From positions 4,402,001 to 4,466,000 of the forward strand of contig CM060732.1 of assembly GCA_030704615.1 (NCBI GenBank): a stretch of DNA of 64,000 nucleotides, given 5' to 3'. Shown piece by piece: positions 38,320-50,482 of the stretch. Position 1 is the stretch's first letter, and each line of letters opens with the position of its first letter. The notes beneath the pieces are model-generated. The model made no database searches. It had not been told where the DNA came from and was given only the letters and a program-made list of their open reading frames with translations. This stretch comes from Takakia lepidozioides. Its lineage: Eukaryota; Plantae; Bryophyta. A program made the position numbers and the translations under genes.

Positions 38320-41300
38320 CACTAGAAGAGAAACCGGCTTTTTCCACGGCTTTTTCCACACTTTTTGCTGTGGAATCAGCCGCAGTCCACCCCTGCCATG
38401 GGTATAAGAAACGACTAGTGCTTTCGGACACCCCGTGGACGGCCTGGCTCTCGGGTGGCCCTGTGGAAAAGTCCACGGGTGGCTTTTTCCACGGGAGGCT
38501 TTTTTCACAGGGTGCATGGTGACATGGCCGCTGACATGGCCGATGGCATAGCTGACATGGCAGAGTGTGAAAAAGGCCAGTGTGACATGTTTCACGGCGG
38601 ATTTCACACCTTGAACAAGACATTATGCAACACGTGTCATATTTCACACCTTCGACAAGTCACTATGCAACACGTGTTCGCTCCTGTGTGGTGGTACGCA
38701 TAAATAAATAAATAATTGATTTCCAATATTAAGTTTGAATATTAATGGATTTAATTTATTGCTATTATTATGATGATGATGATTATTATTATAGGGAAAA
38801 TGGACAGTGGCCTTGATGAGAACATTATTAAATAACAAAATATTGAAATTATGTTTTTAGAAAATTATATTTATCCGCAGATACCAAAACCACCCTTTGC
38901 AAGGAAGGAGGTTTGCCTTAGTGTCTATGCTGAGTGCGTCGCTACTCTCTGTAATCTAATATACATTCATCTTTTTCCTCGGTGGCCCTCCTTGACTGGG
39001 GTCAGAAAAGATTCATTCCACAGCTTATCTCATCTCTTTACATGTTTCTGGATACTTTCCTATTGCACTTGGCAGTATCAGGTCAAATCACTCCAAACTA
39101 TGTACCATCTAACCATGCAGGTTTCTTGTAGCTATCCTTCCACAAGGAATCAAAGTAATCTGGAGCTTGAAATACGGTCCTATTGGATGACACTCTATGC
39201 CCTGCTCCTTGCAGCTATCCCATGCCTCTGCACAGATCATGCAACATCCTTGCATTGTTGTTAGCAGCTAATAATGGCAGCCTAGATTTGTTCTAGCAAA
39301 CACCCAACTCAACTTACCACACCAGTCATATTCTCAATTGCATCTACCACTACTGTAATCCAAGGCATTTACCTTCCAAGACGATTGTCCCACCATTGAC
39401 TGGGGTCAGAAAAGTATTCATTCCACAGCTTCTCCTCTCTGTTACCTATTTTTGGATACTTTCCTATTGTCACTTTGGCAGTATCATGTCAAGTCACTCC
39501 AAACTATCAAAGGATCACTCAACCAGCTAACTTGCAGAATTCTTGAAACATGAAATTTAGGGTGATTCTGATAAGAGAGGAAAACAGATGAAATGTGTTG
39601 AAGAAGGTGCCTTGATTAGCATTGCTTGATTTTATCAATTGGCCGCTGCTGCGGCTTCAGTTGACCATCTAACCATGCATGTTTCTTGGAGCTATTTTCC
39701 ACCGGGGAATCACCCCTTCCCGCATCATTGCTCATAGGTCTCCAAAGCCTCCATCCGCGCCCTTGTTGGTATATCCTGCAATCATCAAACTCCATGACAC
39801 CACATCTCGTTCAGACCATACTGTCAAAAACTTCCTTTGCATCCTCGATGCACCCACATTTGGCATACCAGCCAGTCCACCAGGGCAGTGTTCAGAATGA
39901 CATCGGTTACAATTCCAGATTTGACGATGTCACCATGGACCTCTTTGCCCTTTCCAGAGCTCCAAGCTTGCACATGCATTACAACAAATGTGATGTGGTG
40001 GGGCTTCACCCCTTCGCCACCGCAACAGTGTGCTCATAAGTCTCCAAAGCATCCTACCACACCCCATGCTTGGTAACTCCTGCCAACATTATTTCCACGT
40101 GATCAAAGATCGTTGAGGCATTCTGTTGAACACTTGGTGAGCATCCATGATGCTCCCGCACTTAATATACATGGAGGACAAGGGGGTTGAGTAGAAAAAC
40201 ATTTGGCGTGAATCCACTTTGAATTATGTGAGTGTGCACCTGCTTGCTAGTTTCCAGACCTTCCATCTGATGCATTAAGCAAGAGACAGACCTACGTACC
40301 TGAATCTGCTGAAATACCTCATTGGTTTAAAGTTTGTAGAGCCTCTGTTAGTCTGTCTGCCGCAAAGCATCTTCACATGCATTGTGGACTCCCTCTCTGA
40401 TCCTCTTTAAGAAGTTGTGCGTATGGATGGAAAACGGGATGAAATCATGGCCACCGACACAATGAAGAGATAGACACAAATAGCGTGCCGGAAACATCAG
40501 CAACCACAATTACTCAAGCCCGGTCAGTGGCCCACAACAAAACCAAGGTCACTTGGGCATACACAGCTTCTTTTTATGAACATGGCAAATATTCATAAGT
40601 TGAAACTCCTGGAGGGATTTTATAAACCCTGACTTCATCTTTTGACAACGAATGAACATGAAAAGCTGAAAGCCACGTCACATCACTTCTCAGATAAACC
40701 ACATTGCCTAACCTGCCAATGGCTTGTTGTACAAGCCCATATCCTCAAGGTTATGCAGGAAGATACTTGTACCACACCCTTTCCACATCCTACCAACTCG
40801 CTACCAGAGCATTTAAAAGCGATGCAACTAACCTCACTGACAATAGTTGTTCTGCCCCGTGCAGTAGCTACTACAGACATGCCAAGGTGGCCATGTTCAA
40901 AACAGTGTTTCAGAAATGCCAAGCCATTATCAAAGCATCAGCCAATAGAACAACATGAGATTGACACTTAGCAATAACACACAACACCTTTTAGTCATAC
41001 AACACAAAGATCATGGTGTACGGTGGGTTCAAGATATCCACCGCTCGCTACTACCTTTCAGACAATCAGGTGTGTTCTTTAAGCAGATCCAAGTACTAAA
41101 CATATGTCTTAATGTAGATATATATGCTTTATCAAGGTAGAAAATAACTTTTTTCCCTTGTAGACCAATACAATATTACAAATCTAACTGACCCTTCGGT
41201 GGCTAACCTACAGTCATGTCAAAACATAACACAATCTCCATGAGAGACCTGATAATGTTCATGTAAGCTGCCGGTTAACTTGACAATGCAGTTTCGTAAA

Positions 41301-43667
41301 AAGAAAGTGAGAGATATCCAAGCCACAACCAGAAAGCAGGTTGTGCTCTAAATGTGCCAGACAAAAAAGTAAGGAAATACGGCAAACCCCTCTTGCTAGC
41401 ACAATGCACAAGTTCCCACCTCTGCCCGTATGAGCATGTCAGTGCATGCTACTCTTATTTAGCACGCAACATGCAATCTTCAGCATATATAAGAATGGTC
41501 CATCTCTTCCCAAAATTCTTCCTATACCTCTTGGACTCATTTTCATTCCTTTTATCAGAGATAACTAGTGTATATAACCCATGAACAAAAGTTGACTGCG
41601 GAGTTCAGTTTGAAGTTAACTCCTAAGCTTAAATTTACCTCCTCATTAATCTCCTACAAATGATTAACCTCAAAGATAGTAACAGACCTGTTCTAATTCA
41701 GATGAAGCAGAGAGAACAGTAGCACATTCACAATTCAACTTGATAGCCTCAGCATGTGCTGCTAAGGCTGTTGCCTCTAGTTCCTCCTTCCCTTTAAGTG
41801 CTGCCGCCAACTTCTCTCTTGTTGCATCCTCCTCTTCCGTGGTTCTCTGCACTCATGAACAACATTTGTGGGAGCTAAAAGCTGTGCTTTCCAAGTTTTA
41901 GCAACAATTCAATGGAAGAGGATTTGAGACGCTACCCTGTTGGCTTCTCCATGGCATGTCCTCGGTCCTTATATCTTGCTGGTCTCCAGAGGAGGGTGTT
42001 GTGCCATTTGCTGAAGGTGATGGTGCAACTAAAGATCATGGCAAAGAAAATGCAGCTGTTGCTGTTGGAGACTCACAGAAGACTACACAGAGGACTACAC
42101 AGAAGATGAAAGGATGTGGAAGGGATTAAATGCAAACCGCATTGCTGTAGTGACCATTGTATCCCCGAAAGAAAACTACTGTATGGACATTTCAATCAGA
42201 GTATCTCATAGATATGCCGGAAAATACATGGGAGTCAGTATTTCCGAAATTATCAACAAGGATTTGCGGTATGAGCACAGTATCTGGCCTGAAACTGAAA
42301 TGAAGGGCGGCGTGACCTCTTTGTGAGTTGTGTCCACGTACAAAGTGTAGTTCATACAAGACAAGTAGTATGAGTCAGTAGCAAAGTGACCTGCGAGAGT
42401 GCCCTCACATTTTGGCAGCCATTTCGTCGAACACACCCTTCGCATCCTTGGAAAACTCACGGCTGGTGTCCCACCATCGTGAAGGGTAAAATCCATGCCA
42501 GCTCTGCTCTGTGTTGCAAATTCAGGGCCGAGTCTGATGAGAGGGCAAAACAGACTGAAATAGGTCGAAGAAGAAGGGCCCTCACCAACATGGCCTCGAG
42601 TTCCTGTATCACGAGGCTGGCACTAAGAAGACCGGACCCCACAAAATGCTAAGTCCCAGCCCGCACACCGGCAGCCCTAAATTCGAGCCAACTTTTTAAG
42701 TTTTTGAATGTTTGCCACCCTAACATTATATAAAATAATTATATGGTCCACGTAATTATGTGAGGTATTTTTAGCTTATATATAGTTAGGGTGCAAAATG
42801 TTTATATATAACAGGTACAAAGGCCCCAGTTAATGTATTTATTGGGTAAGGTTCATAGTTATGAAATGAGTAGTTAAAACAATTATTTCTATCTAATACT
42901 GATTTATATATTTCAATTTGCATGAATTTAAAATATAATTGTGGAATTGCTAATGAAGTGTTGAAACCACTTACAATTTAAAATAAATCACCTGTATAGA
43001 GACTCACATGCTACCCACTTAGACCTGGGTTTCCTTATTGGTCTCTTGTTAAAATTCTATGGATTTTTTCGAAATATTCTGGTTTTTCTTTGATGTGTGA
43101 GATGACAAAGTCCAAGCATGTCACATAGACAAGGAGTTCAAGTAGGATGATGCAAGTGATTTGTGTAAATCCATGCCTATGCCTGTTTGTCCTAGTTGTG
43201 TCATAGGTTGCAACGGAACGGGGCCACCTTTGAATGCGATCCCCAGGCTCATTTCACCAAGGGCTCATAGACTTCATAATGTAGAGATTGAAAATGGGGT
43301 GTAGCAGGGGTGAGTTTCATTTGCTACTAGACCATCGTGCCAGATTTCTAAACATGAACATGAAGCTTATGATCATTTTTCCAAGGGCATCATCTCAAAC
43401 TCCCCATACACCACAATGTGGAAATTCTATGGTCCCATTTCACACATGTGTGTAACATGCCATGTAAAACTAAGCCAAATCCCGCCACGCTCATGGCTGT
43501 TTTAACACCGTTCTTGCCTCGGGTGTGGATCACATGTGAGACACCCCACAGTTAGGGCATATTTTGACCCACACCTTGGCTCACTCTACAGACCCGTGAT
43601 AAAAGCCGTGGAATGTGCTAGGTGTGAGATGACATACCGCTGGAAAAAGCCGGTTTCTCTTCTAGTA
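38320..43667. mobile_element. Pack-type CACTA element (5.3 kb) carrying host gene fragments
   Basis: TIR CACTAGAAGAGAAACCGGCTTTTTCCA at 38320, with its reverse complement ending at 43667 (terminal G>A). 3-bp TSD TGT on both sides. No transposase inside. Confidence 0.92.
39680..40400 (-). pseudogene. PLS-class PPR gene fragment inside the CACTA
   Basis: MYIKCGSIMDAHQVFNRMP, GKGKEVHGDIVKSGIVTDVILNTALVD, YAKCGCIEDAKEVFDSM. Many frameshifts. Confidence 0.8.
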
Positions 43668-43899
43668 TGTGTGTTTTGATGTTTCATTGTGTTCATGATC
43701 TGTTTTTATGGCTGGAAGGGAGGTTAGCTATTTCATGAGCATGAGCGGCATGAGCAGAGTAGTAAGACAATCGGTTTTCATGAGCAGAAATCCAAAACTT
43801 GGAATTAATTTTTTTAAATAATTTTTTAATAGAATGTGTCAGAAAATCAATGATATAATATTCATTTTGGGAAACTGAAAATGAAGTTTTAGGAGCCGT

Positions 43900-44290
43900 G
43901 TCATGAAATTTTCTCTTGCGCTCATGGCAAATGCAGTCGAGATGTGGAAAAATGGCGCCGAATTTCGCGGTAATAGGTTCCGGAACTTTGGAAAATGGCT
44001 ATGCATTTCGCAGTTATAGGTGCCTCCCCCGAAAAATGGTGCCAAATTTCGCGGCAATAGGTCCCTGCCATGCAAGTAGTTTGGCCTGAAAATTGGAAAT
44101 GCGGCGCCAAATTTCTGGAGATGGTGCCTACAACTGCACCGATCTTGGGCACTTTTTGGCCATATAACTGGAAAATTTGCGCCGAATTTGCAGACATGGC
44201 TCCCAGACATGTGGGACTTAGCCAGTTTTTGGCCCAAAATCTGGAAATTCGGCGCCATATTTCCAGAATTGGCCCCCACAACTGTTAGTA
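43900..44290. repeat. Subterminal-type repeats with GGCGCCGAATTT core
   Basis: About 7 copies of (aaat)ggcgcc(g/a)aattt. The same core occurs in the 61560-63150 array. Confidence 0.7.
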
Positions 44291-44619
44291 TTTGAACTCA
44301 ATTTTTTGGGAAAATCTGTGATTCATTCTGTCACATCTTGTTATGGATTCTGTTTCGACATTGAACTGCCCGTGGACCTCAATCGCCGGACTTTTTAAGC
44401 TATATAGTCCATAAGTGCTGCATAACAAATTGCACAATGGATATCCAGAAGACCATAATGTATTTGAGTGAGACATTACTTTTATTTTGCAGGTCTCATT
44501 CCATGAGTATTGACGTGGATTTCATTAGACTGCAAAACAAAGTCTACTGCATAAAAATGCATTTGAAAATATCCAAATGGGGGATTCTCTTTGCCCCATC
44601 AATGATTTGTCGAATCCTT

Positions 44620-46000
44620 GCGAGGAGTTGTGCAGTTCGTTGACGCTCAACGTTGGTGCATGAACAAAGTCATCAATACTCAAGTTCATCCTCAGCCTCT
44701 TCAGGTAAATGTAATACAGATGCTTGCACGGATATTACTTCGTCCCCGTCTTTGCTACCATCAACGAAAAGTCCTTACAATTGCAAGCCGGCTCCACTCC
44801 GATTGTAATTGGGTATACGTCGTCGCGTACAACTGAGCCGGCCGTTGCCATCCATTAAAAACACCCAAACCGGGTGCGGGTACGTCCCGGGAGCTTTGAA
44901 TAGTACATGCGATCCCAAGAACATTGACAATCCGAGTCTCATTCAACTTGTTGGGAGGGTGTCGTCTCTTCATTTTTTCAAAGCGCATGGTGGGATATGC
45001 GGAATTGTCCAATCAAGCACTGGATCTCACAGTCTGCAATGGCTGGGTCTGAGGGACTGGAAATGGATGGGCCGGGACATCTGTGCGTTGCACCATTCGA
45101 TATCTCGTGTTTGAAGAAAAGATTCGCCTCATTCTGAGAGAGGTTGCAACCCTGTGCAACAGCTAGACGCCCGGAGGCTCTGGCATTCCCTGAATCCCGT
45201 ACTTGGGATTGCCAAATACACAAGTCATTATGTCGTGCCTACAGAACCAAAACGTCTGCGTCACCGCTGCAAAAAATCTGGCAGTCATAAATTGCCCGAT
45301 GAAACCAAGGTGAAGGTACAACACCGTGGGTTCTCCGAATCATCTCACCCCAGCGTGCTCTCATATCCACCCGGATGGCGCGACACTTCCCTCGAAATGC
45401 GGGCATTGTCCTTGCAATTCTCCACTGTGACTCTGACACTCTTGTCTCGACAATGGGTGTGTTGTACTGCGTGACGACAGATGGCTCGGAATGTTCCTCA
45501 GGCACGTGCCATGTGCTCAAAGAATAGGACGATCTTGAACGTGCAGGGCTTGCGGTGCTGGACGAGACGTCCTGAGGCAACATTACGGGACCACGAGGAA
45601 ACGTGCGAATATTCTTGTCAGCTCACAAGGAATCCTCTTCTCCGCCAGGTGACTCGTCAAGTCGTCGTCTCACTGGACGGGTGTGAACATCTCCTTCCAA
45701 GTGCTCGCCTCTTCGAAGTAATGGCGTGTCCCGAAGGCCATCTCCGCAAGGATGCTGCCCACTTTCAAGGATTCTTGGATCTGGAGGCACTCCGCATCAG
45801 CATTTCCTACCTGTCGGCCCAAAGCCCCACTGTTTCCTTTCAAGAACTCGTTGTATCTGGATTGCTGCATAAATTGACTCACAATGTCTTTCGTTGTGGC
45901 AGGATGATGTCCACCAGATGCCGCCGCAGAGGAGCAAGCCATGAAGAATGCACTGATTCGGCCATGTTTGTTGTCGGATGTCGGTGTTCAGAGTCCAGAC
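44620..46000 (-). pseudogene. Mutator-like transposase C-terminal part (catalytic-E motif and SWIM finger), degenerate
   Basis: PTTNMAESVHSSWL at ~45935-45977; QQSRYNEFLKG; PACNCKDF...YPCKHLYYIYLKRL...DDFVHAPTLSVNE at ~44635-44790. Confidence 0.75.
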
Positions 46001-46528
46001 ACATTCCTGCCGATGCCACATTCCAGGTTAGAAGCAAGTTACAAATCATGACTACCACAATATTGTAGGGGACGTGAAATTGTTCAACTCACCTGACGTA
46101 TATAGTCGCCGAACTAGAGGAAACGATAATGCCACCATGCAAGCCAACTAACCATTGCTCCCCGTCTGATTTCTAAACAACTAACATTGTCCACCAAGCC
46201 CGTATACGTGCAAACTCTGTCTCTGCATCATCCAAAGTGGGAGCAGTCTTCCACGCAAGACACATGGAACTTTTCATAGATGTTGGACAACCATGTTTGG
46301 ATGCCGCACCCTCCCTCGCCTCCCCTCCTACCCCCCCCCCCCATACATTAGCTCCTCAATCACCATCACCAAGTACTAAACACACTACTTGTGGTGCGAA
46401 AAGAACCCTGTATGCTATACCTAAGATTAACTCATTAAGAGTTTGAGTCAAAAATAGAGCTTCTATTAAAGTATGATGCTTAATATCAACAATTTGTGGA
46501 ATAGCTTATAGCCAACATTGGTACAAGT

Positions 46529-46968
46529 AGTCGTGCGCATACATATCGCTACACAACTACATCGCTGCCCAAAACCACACAACACATGTGCACAGCACAA
46601 GCTCATGCGAGCTCACAAAGCTGAAGCATAAACTCATGCATATATAACCTCATCACTCAAATACAAGTCAAGCCAAGTGCACCCCACGCCATGGGGAATC
46701 CACACTACGGCGCCATAGCTAGGCGCGGTGAGGCTCAACTCGAGAAAGATGAGCCTCCCGCGCTTGCCGTGAAGATAACCACTCCAGGGCCTAAATCTGC
46801 CTTGACCCCTGGATTGACACTTGGGCCAATCCCAAATGTCAATATGTAAAAGCTAGCTATTTCCTAGCTAGTTTCACACTAGTGGTAAAATAACTTGACA
46901 GCTGTCGTGCGCATACATATCGCTACACAACTACATCGCTGTCCAAAACCACACAACACATGTGCACA
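46529..46968 (-). repeat. Repeat Y, two copies (46529-46594 and 46903-46968) flanking the 3' copy of X
   Basis: gtcgtgcgcatacatatcgctacacaactacatcgctg(c/t)ccaaaaccacacaacacatgtgcaca occurs twice. It is absent next to the 5' X copy. Confidence 0.93.
46594..46900 (-). repeat. Terminal repeat X, 3' copy
   Basis: Identical by inspection to 57883-58189. Starts TGTCAAG in element sense. Confidence 0.95.
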
Positions 46969-46969
46969 C

Positions 46970-47085
46970 CACACACTAGTATACCACTAGTCTACCACTA
47001 GTCCAGCCACTAGTCCAACCACTAGGCTACAACTAGTCAGTCACTAGGCTGCCACTACGCTGCCCACTATGGCAGTCACTAGTCC
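46970..47085. repeat. Short tandem CACTAG(T) repeats in the element 3' region
   Basis: About 10 units of 10-12 bp (ccactagt-). Confidence 0.8.
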
Positions 47086-47350
47086 ACACAATCGCCCCCC
47101 TAGCTGGTGCTTAGGTCCCTCTAAGTCCAGGTAGCCACAAGATGTGATAGTGACCATAGCCTCACTAAGTCCTCCACCACTATCCCTACTACACTCAAAC
47201 TCGATAGATCAAGAGGCCGGGTGCAAGAGTTGCCCCATCGTTAGTCGCCGTCTTGCAACCTGTGAACTTGAGCTTGGGATCTCATGTATTGACTCCTATG
47301 AGCTTGGCCTCCCATGTCTTGTTAGCTGCCTCCAGTCATGTCCACTGCCA

Positions 47351-47977
47351 CTATCCCAAGCAGTGTGGACACAACCAATCTCCGTCAGGAACCTTCTCAA
47401 GAGGTGGTGTCAAGCATCCCATATGCCAACCCCTTGAGCATCGATCACACACCAGCATGGTGGCTGCCCCTTTGGCAGACCCACAGAGCATGCACCTCAA
47501 ACCTGCAGGTACCACTGCCAAGTTTGGGTCAACTCTGCCATCGACATTGGGAAGGTGACATGGCGCACAATTACGCACATGGTCCTTCCAAGTCATGCCA
47601 TCCCGACCCTCCAAGATCAGGACCCCTGAGGGCAACACCTCTCGAACCCTCAGAATAACACGCCCTGCAGTAACATCCAGAGTCGTAGGAGCAGTCTGCT
47701 GCAAATAAACATAGTCACCAGGGCTAAACCTCCGAACCCCAGGACGATATCCTCCACCACGTATAGTGGCATACCTCAACGTATCACGGTGCTGTGCAAT
47801 GGCAAGGTTCTCAAAAGCCATGGGCATGACTTTCTTGAACAACTCTGCACGCTGATCACATGCACGTACCCACACGTCCGGATCGTCAAGGTTAAGGACT
47901 TGAGCAGTGTCCCTACGAATGGCTGCAGGCAAATCCGGCTCTCGGCCAAGAGAAGAAATATGGTGAGAAGGAGGCAA
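47351..47977 (-). CDS. Integrase C-terminal extension with PHD finger
   Basis: FSPGDYVYL, then CMLCGSAKGAATMLVCDRCSRGWHMGCLTPPLEKVPDGDWLCPHC (C4HC3 PHD). Continues pol after a frameshift at SPYF/LGREP. Confidence 0.92.
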   Translation of the reverse strand: MPPSHHISSLGREPDLPAAIRRDTAQVLNLDDPDVWVRACDQRAELFKKVMPMAFENLAIAQHRDTLRYATIRGGGYRPGVRRFSPGDYVYLQQTAPTTLDVTAGRVILRVREVLPSGVLILEGRDGMTWKDHVRNCAPCHLPNVDGRVDPNLAVVPAGLRCMLCGSAKGAATMLVCDRCSRGWHMGCLTPPLEKVPDGDWLCPHCLG

Positions 47978-50324
47978 GTGATGCTTGTTTGCTGAACCTG
48001 TAGCCCATGGCTAACCAAGGAACCTGAAGATCCCAATCTCCTAGGTGTCCCTTCTGCAAGCCATACTTGCGCAAACCCCTCTTCACCGTCTGAACAACTC
48101 TCTCTGCTAAGCCATCGGCCTCAGGATGATCCCGAGAAGTGGTGCGGTGGTCTATCAAGGCTTTATCACACAAAGCCTGAAACTCCCCCAAGAACTCTCT
48201 CCCTTGGTCCGTGAGTACCTCAGCTGGAGCACCAAATCGGCTAAGCACACGATCCAAGAATGCATACGCAGCCCCCTCACTAGCCTTGTCAGGCAATGGA
48301 ACCAACTCAATCCACTTGGAGAAGTGCTCCACCATCACCAACACATATCTGTGGTGGCGCATAGTCAGTGGCAACGGTCCTGCGAAGTCAAGACTCCACC
48401 TGTAGCCCAATCCCATGATTGGTAAAGGATGCAACTGTGGTGTAGGGGCGTTGAATGAAGCACGCACCCTGTCACACACCATGCACCTAGCCACAAACTG
48501 TTGCACCTCTGTATGCATACCACGCCACCAATACTGCCCCTGCAGTAAACTGTGAGTGCGTCGCACTCCAAAATGCCCCAACTCCTCATGGGCATGCCGC
48601 ACTAACCGTGCACGCTGTGTGGGGTGAGGCACAATCCTCACCCGACCATCCTCCCACACTCGAAGTAGGTGTATCCCCTCCCACTTGAACCTCTTGGCTC
48701 GTTGCAGGATCCGATCCCTCTCCCTGGCAGTCACAATGGCTGCCGTGTCTCCCGTGCGGAGGTAGTCCAACACAGCCGAATCCTCATGTATATCTCTGGC
48801 ACCACCTAGCTCATCACTAGCCTCAGGGTCCTCAGACACTCCGTCTACAGTCATCCCTGTTGTAGGTCCAATCTGACCTCCCGATGCCAAGATACACAAA
48901 AATGCAGATGCGTGCCATCCCGGCACCATCTCCTCGTCCGTCTCACCATGCCACCGAGCTCCAGTGTCATCCTGCTGGCTCATGCATGGATTGCGACTCA
49001 ATCCATCCGCATCCCGATTGACCAAACCCGGTCGATGCACAACCTGAAAGTCATACTCCTGGAGTATAAGTGCCCACCGTGCAAGCTTCCCCGTAAGCTT
49101 GTCTGACTCCATCAACCACTTGAGTGGCTGGTGATCCGTGACAAGGGTGAAAAGATTGCCGTATAGATAGCACCTGAAGTGTGCCACGGCCCACACTGCA
49201 GCTAAGCACTCTCCCTCATATGAGCTGTACTTAGCCTCTGCAGCGTTGTTCGAGCGGCTAGCGTAAGCCACTACGAACTCTCTTCCCTCATCATCCACCT
49301 GTGTGAGCACCGCTCCAAGCCCCAGCATGCTCCAATCCGTATGCAGCTGAAAGGGACGCCCCCTGATAGGTCGTCTCAAGATAGGCGCCGAGGTCAACCT
49401 CGCCTTGAGCTCTTGAAAAGCTCGTTCCTGCTCATCTTCCCACTGCCACTCCTGGTCCACCTTGGTCAGCTTGGTTAGAGCCTTTGCAATGGTACTAAAT
49501 CCCTTGACAAACCGTCTATAATAGTTTGCCAACCCCATGAAAGCTCGAACTCGGCTCACATCCGTGGGGCGTGGAATTTGTGCAATGGCCTCTACCTTAG
49601 TCTGCTGTACCCCCAATCCTCCAGGATATATCATGTGACCCAGATACTCAATCTGGTTGTGGAAAAACTTGCACTTCCCCGGATGCAACTTCAATCCGTG
49701 CGCTCTCAAGCGCTCCAATACCACCTGAAGGTGTCTCTCATGCTCCTCCATCGTAACACTAAAGATGATGATGTCATCTATGTAGCACCGAGCAAAGTCC
49801 ACCCCTGCTAGAATCCTATCCATGACTCTCTGAAACTCTGCAGGAGCATTCTTAAGCCCAAATGGTAAGAACCGCCACTGATATAGGCAATCCTTGCCGT
49901 GCTCATTGATCCCCCAGAATGCCGTCTTCTGCTTGTCCGCCTCCTTGATTGGCAACTGGTGATATCCGGATCGTAAATCCAAAGTGCTAAAGGCCTTAGC
50001 ATGCCCGATGGCATCAAAGATCTCCTCTGGTGTTGGCATGGCATACTTATCGGACTTGGTCTGACGATTTACAGGCCGGTAATCACCGCACATACGTCTC
50101 TCCGTCCAATTGCCATAGACATCCTTCTTGGCTGGCATCACTGTGGCTGAAGCATACTCTCCACCAGAGAGCTCCACCAAACCTGCCTCCCAGAGATCTT
50201 GAGTCCTCATCTGAATCAAAGACCTCTCCATGTCACTGTATCTATAGGGTCTCCGAAAGATTGGCGTGTCAGTGGCCAACTCAATACGGATCTCTTGACC
50301 CTTCAGTGCTCCCAAGTCCTTCAA
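47913..50324 (-). CDS. pol: Reverse transcriptase, RNase H and DDE integrase
   Basis: RMCGDYRPVN, LDLRSGYHQL, LPFGLKNAPAEFQR, YIDDII; LHTDWS..YSSYEGE..TDHQPL; H..GHFG..C..C; WSLDFAGP, VLTDQGREF, DGLAERVV (D,D35E). Confidence 0.96.
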   Translation of the reverse strand: MKDLGALKGQEIRIELATDTPIFRRPYRYSDMERSLIQMRTQDLWEAGLVELSGGEYASATVMPAKKDVYGNWTERRMCGDYRPVNRQTKSDKYAMPTPEEIFDAIGHAKAFSTLDLRSGYHQLPIKEADKQKTAFWGINEHGKDCLYQWRFLPFGLKNAPAEFQRVMDRILAGVDFARCYIDDIIIFSVTMEEHERHLQVVLERLRAHGLKLHPGKCKFFHNQIEYLGHMIYPGGLGVQQTKVEAIAQIPRPTDVSRVRAFMGLANYYRRFVKGFSTIAKALTKLTKVDQEWQWEDEQERAFQELKARLTSAPILRRPIRGRPFQLHTDWSMLGLGAVLTQVDDEGREFVVAYASRSNNAAEAKYSSYEGECLAAVWAVAHFRCYLYGNLFTLVTDHQPLKWLMESDKLTGKLARWALILQEYDFQVVHRPGLVNRDADGLSRNPCMSQQDDTGARWHGETDEEMVPGWHASAFLCILASGGQIGPTTGMTVDGVSEDPEASDELGGARDIHEDSAVLDYLRTGDTAAIVTARERDRILQRAKRFKWEGIHLLRVWEDGRVRIVPHPTQRARLVRHAHEELGHFGVRRTHSLLQGQYWWRGMHTEVQQFVARCMVCDRVRASFNAPTPQLHPLPIMGLGYRWSLDFAGPLPLTMRHHRYVLVMVEHFSKWIELVPLPDKASEGAAYAFLDRVLSRFGAPAEVLTDQGREFLGEFQALCDKALIDHRTTSRDHPEADGLAERVVQTVKRGLRKYGLQKGHLGDWDLQVPWLAMGYRFSKQASLASFSPYFFSWPRAGFACSHS

Positions 50325-50482
50325 ACTGAAGGCAAAGCAATTCCTGTAAGCCCTCAGGAACCGCCGTATACGTCGTCTCTCTCCTCCGGTGACAATGGGT
50401 CCAATGTCAGGCTCCCAATTGTCCTCCGTAACTGCAACCTTAAGTCCAGTGGGCTTAGAGGTAGAGGACGCGTCCGTGGTTG

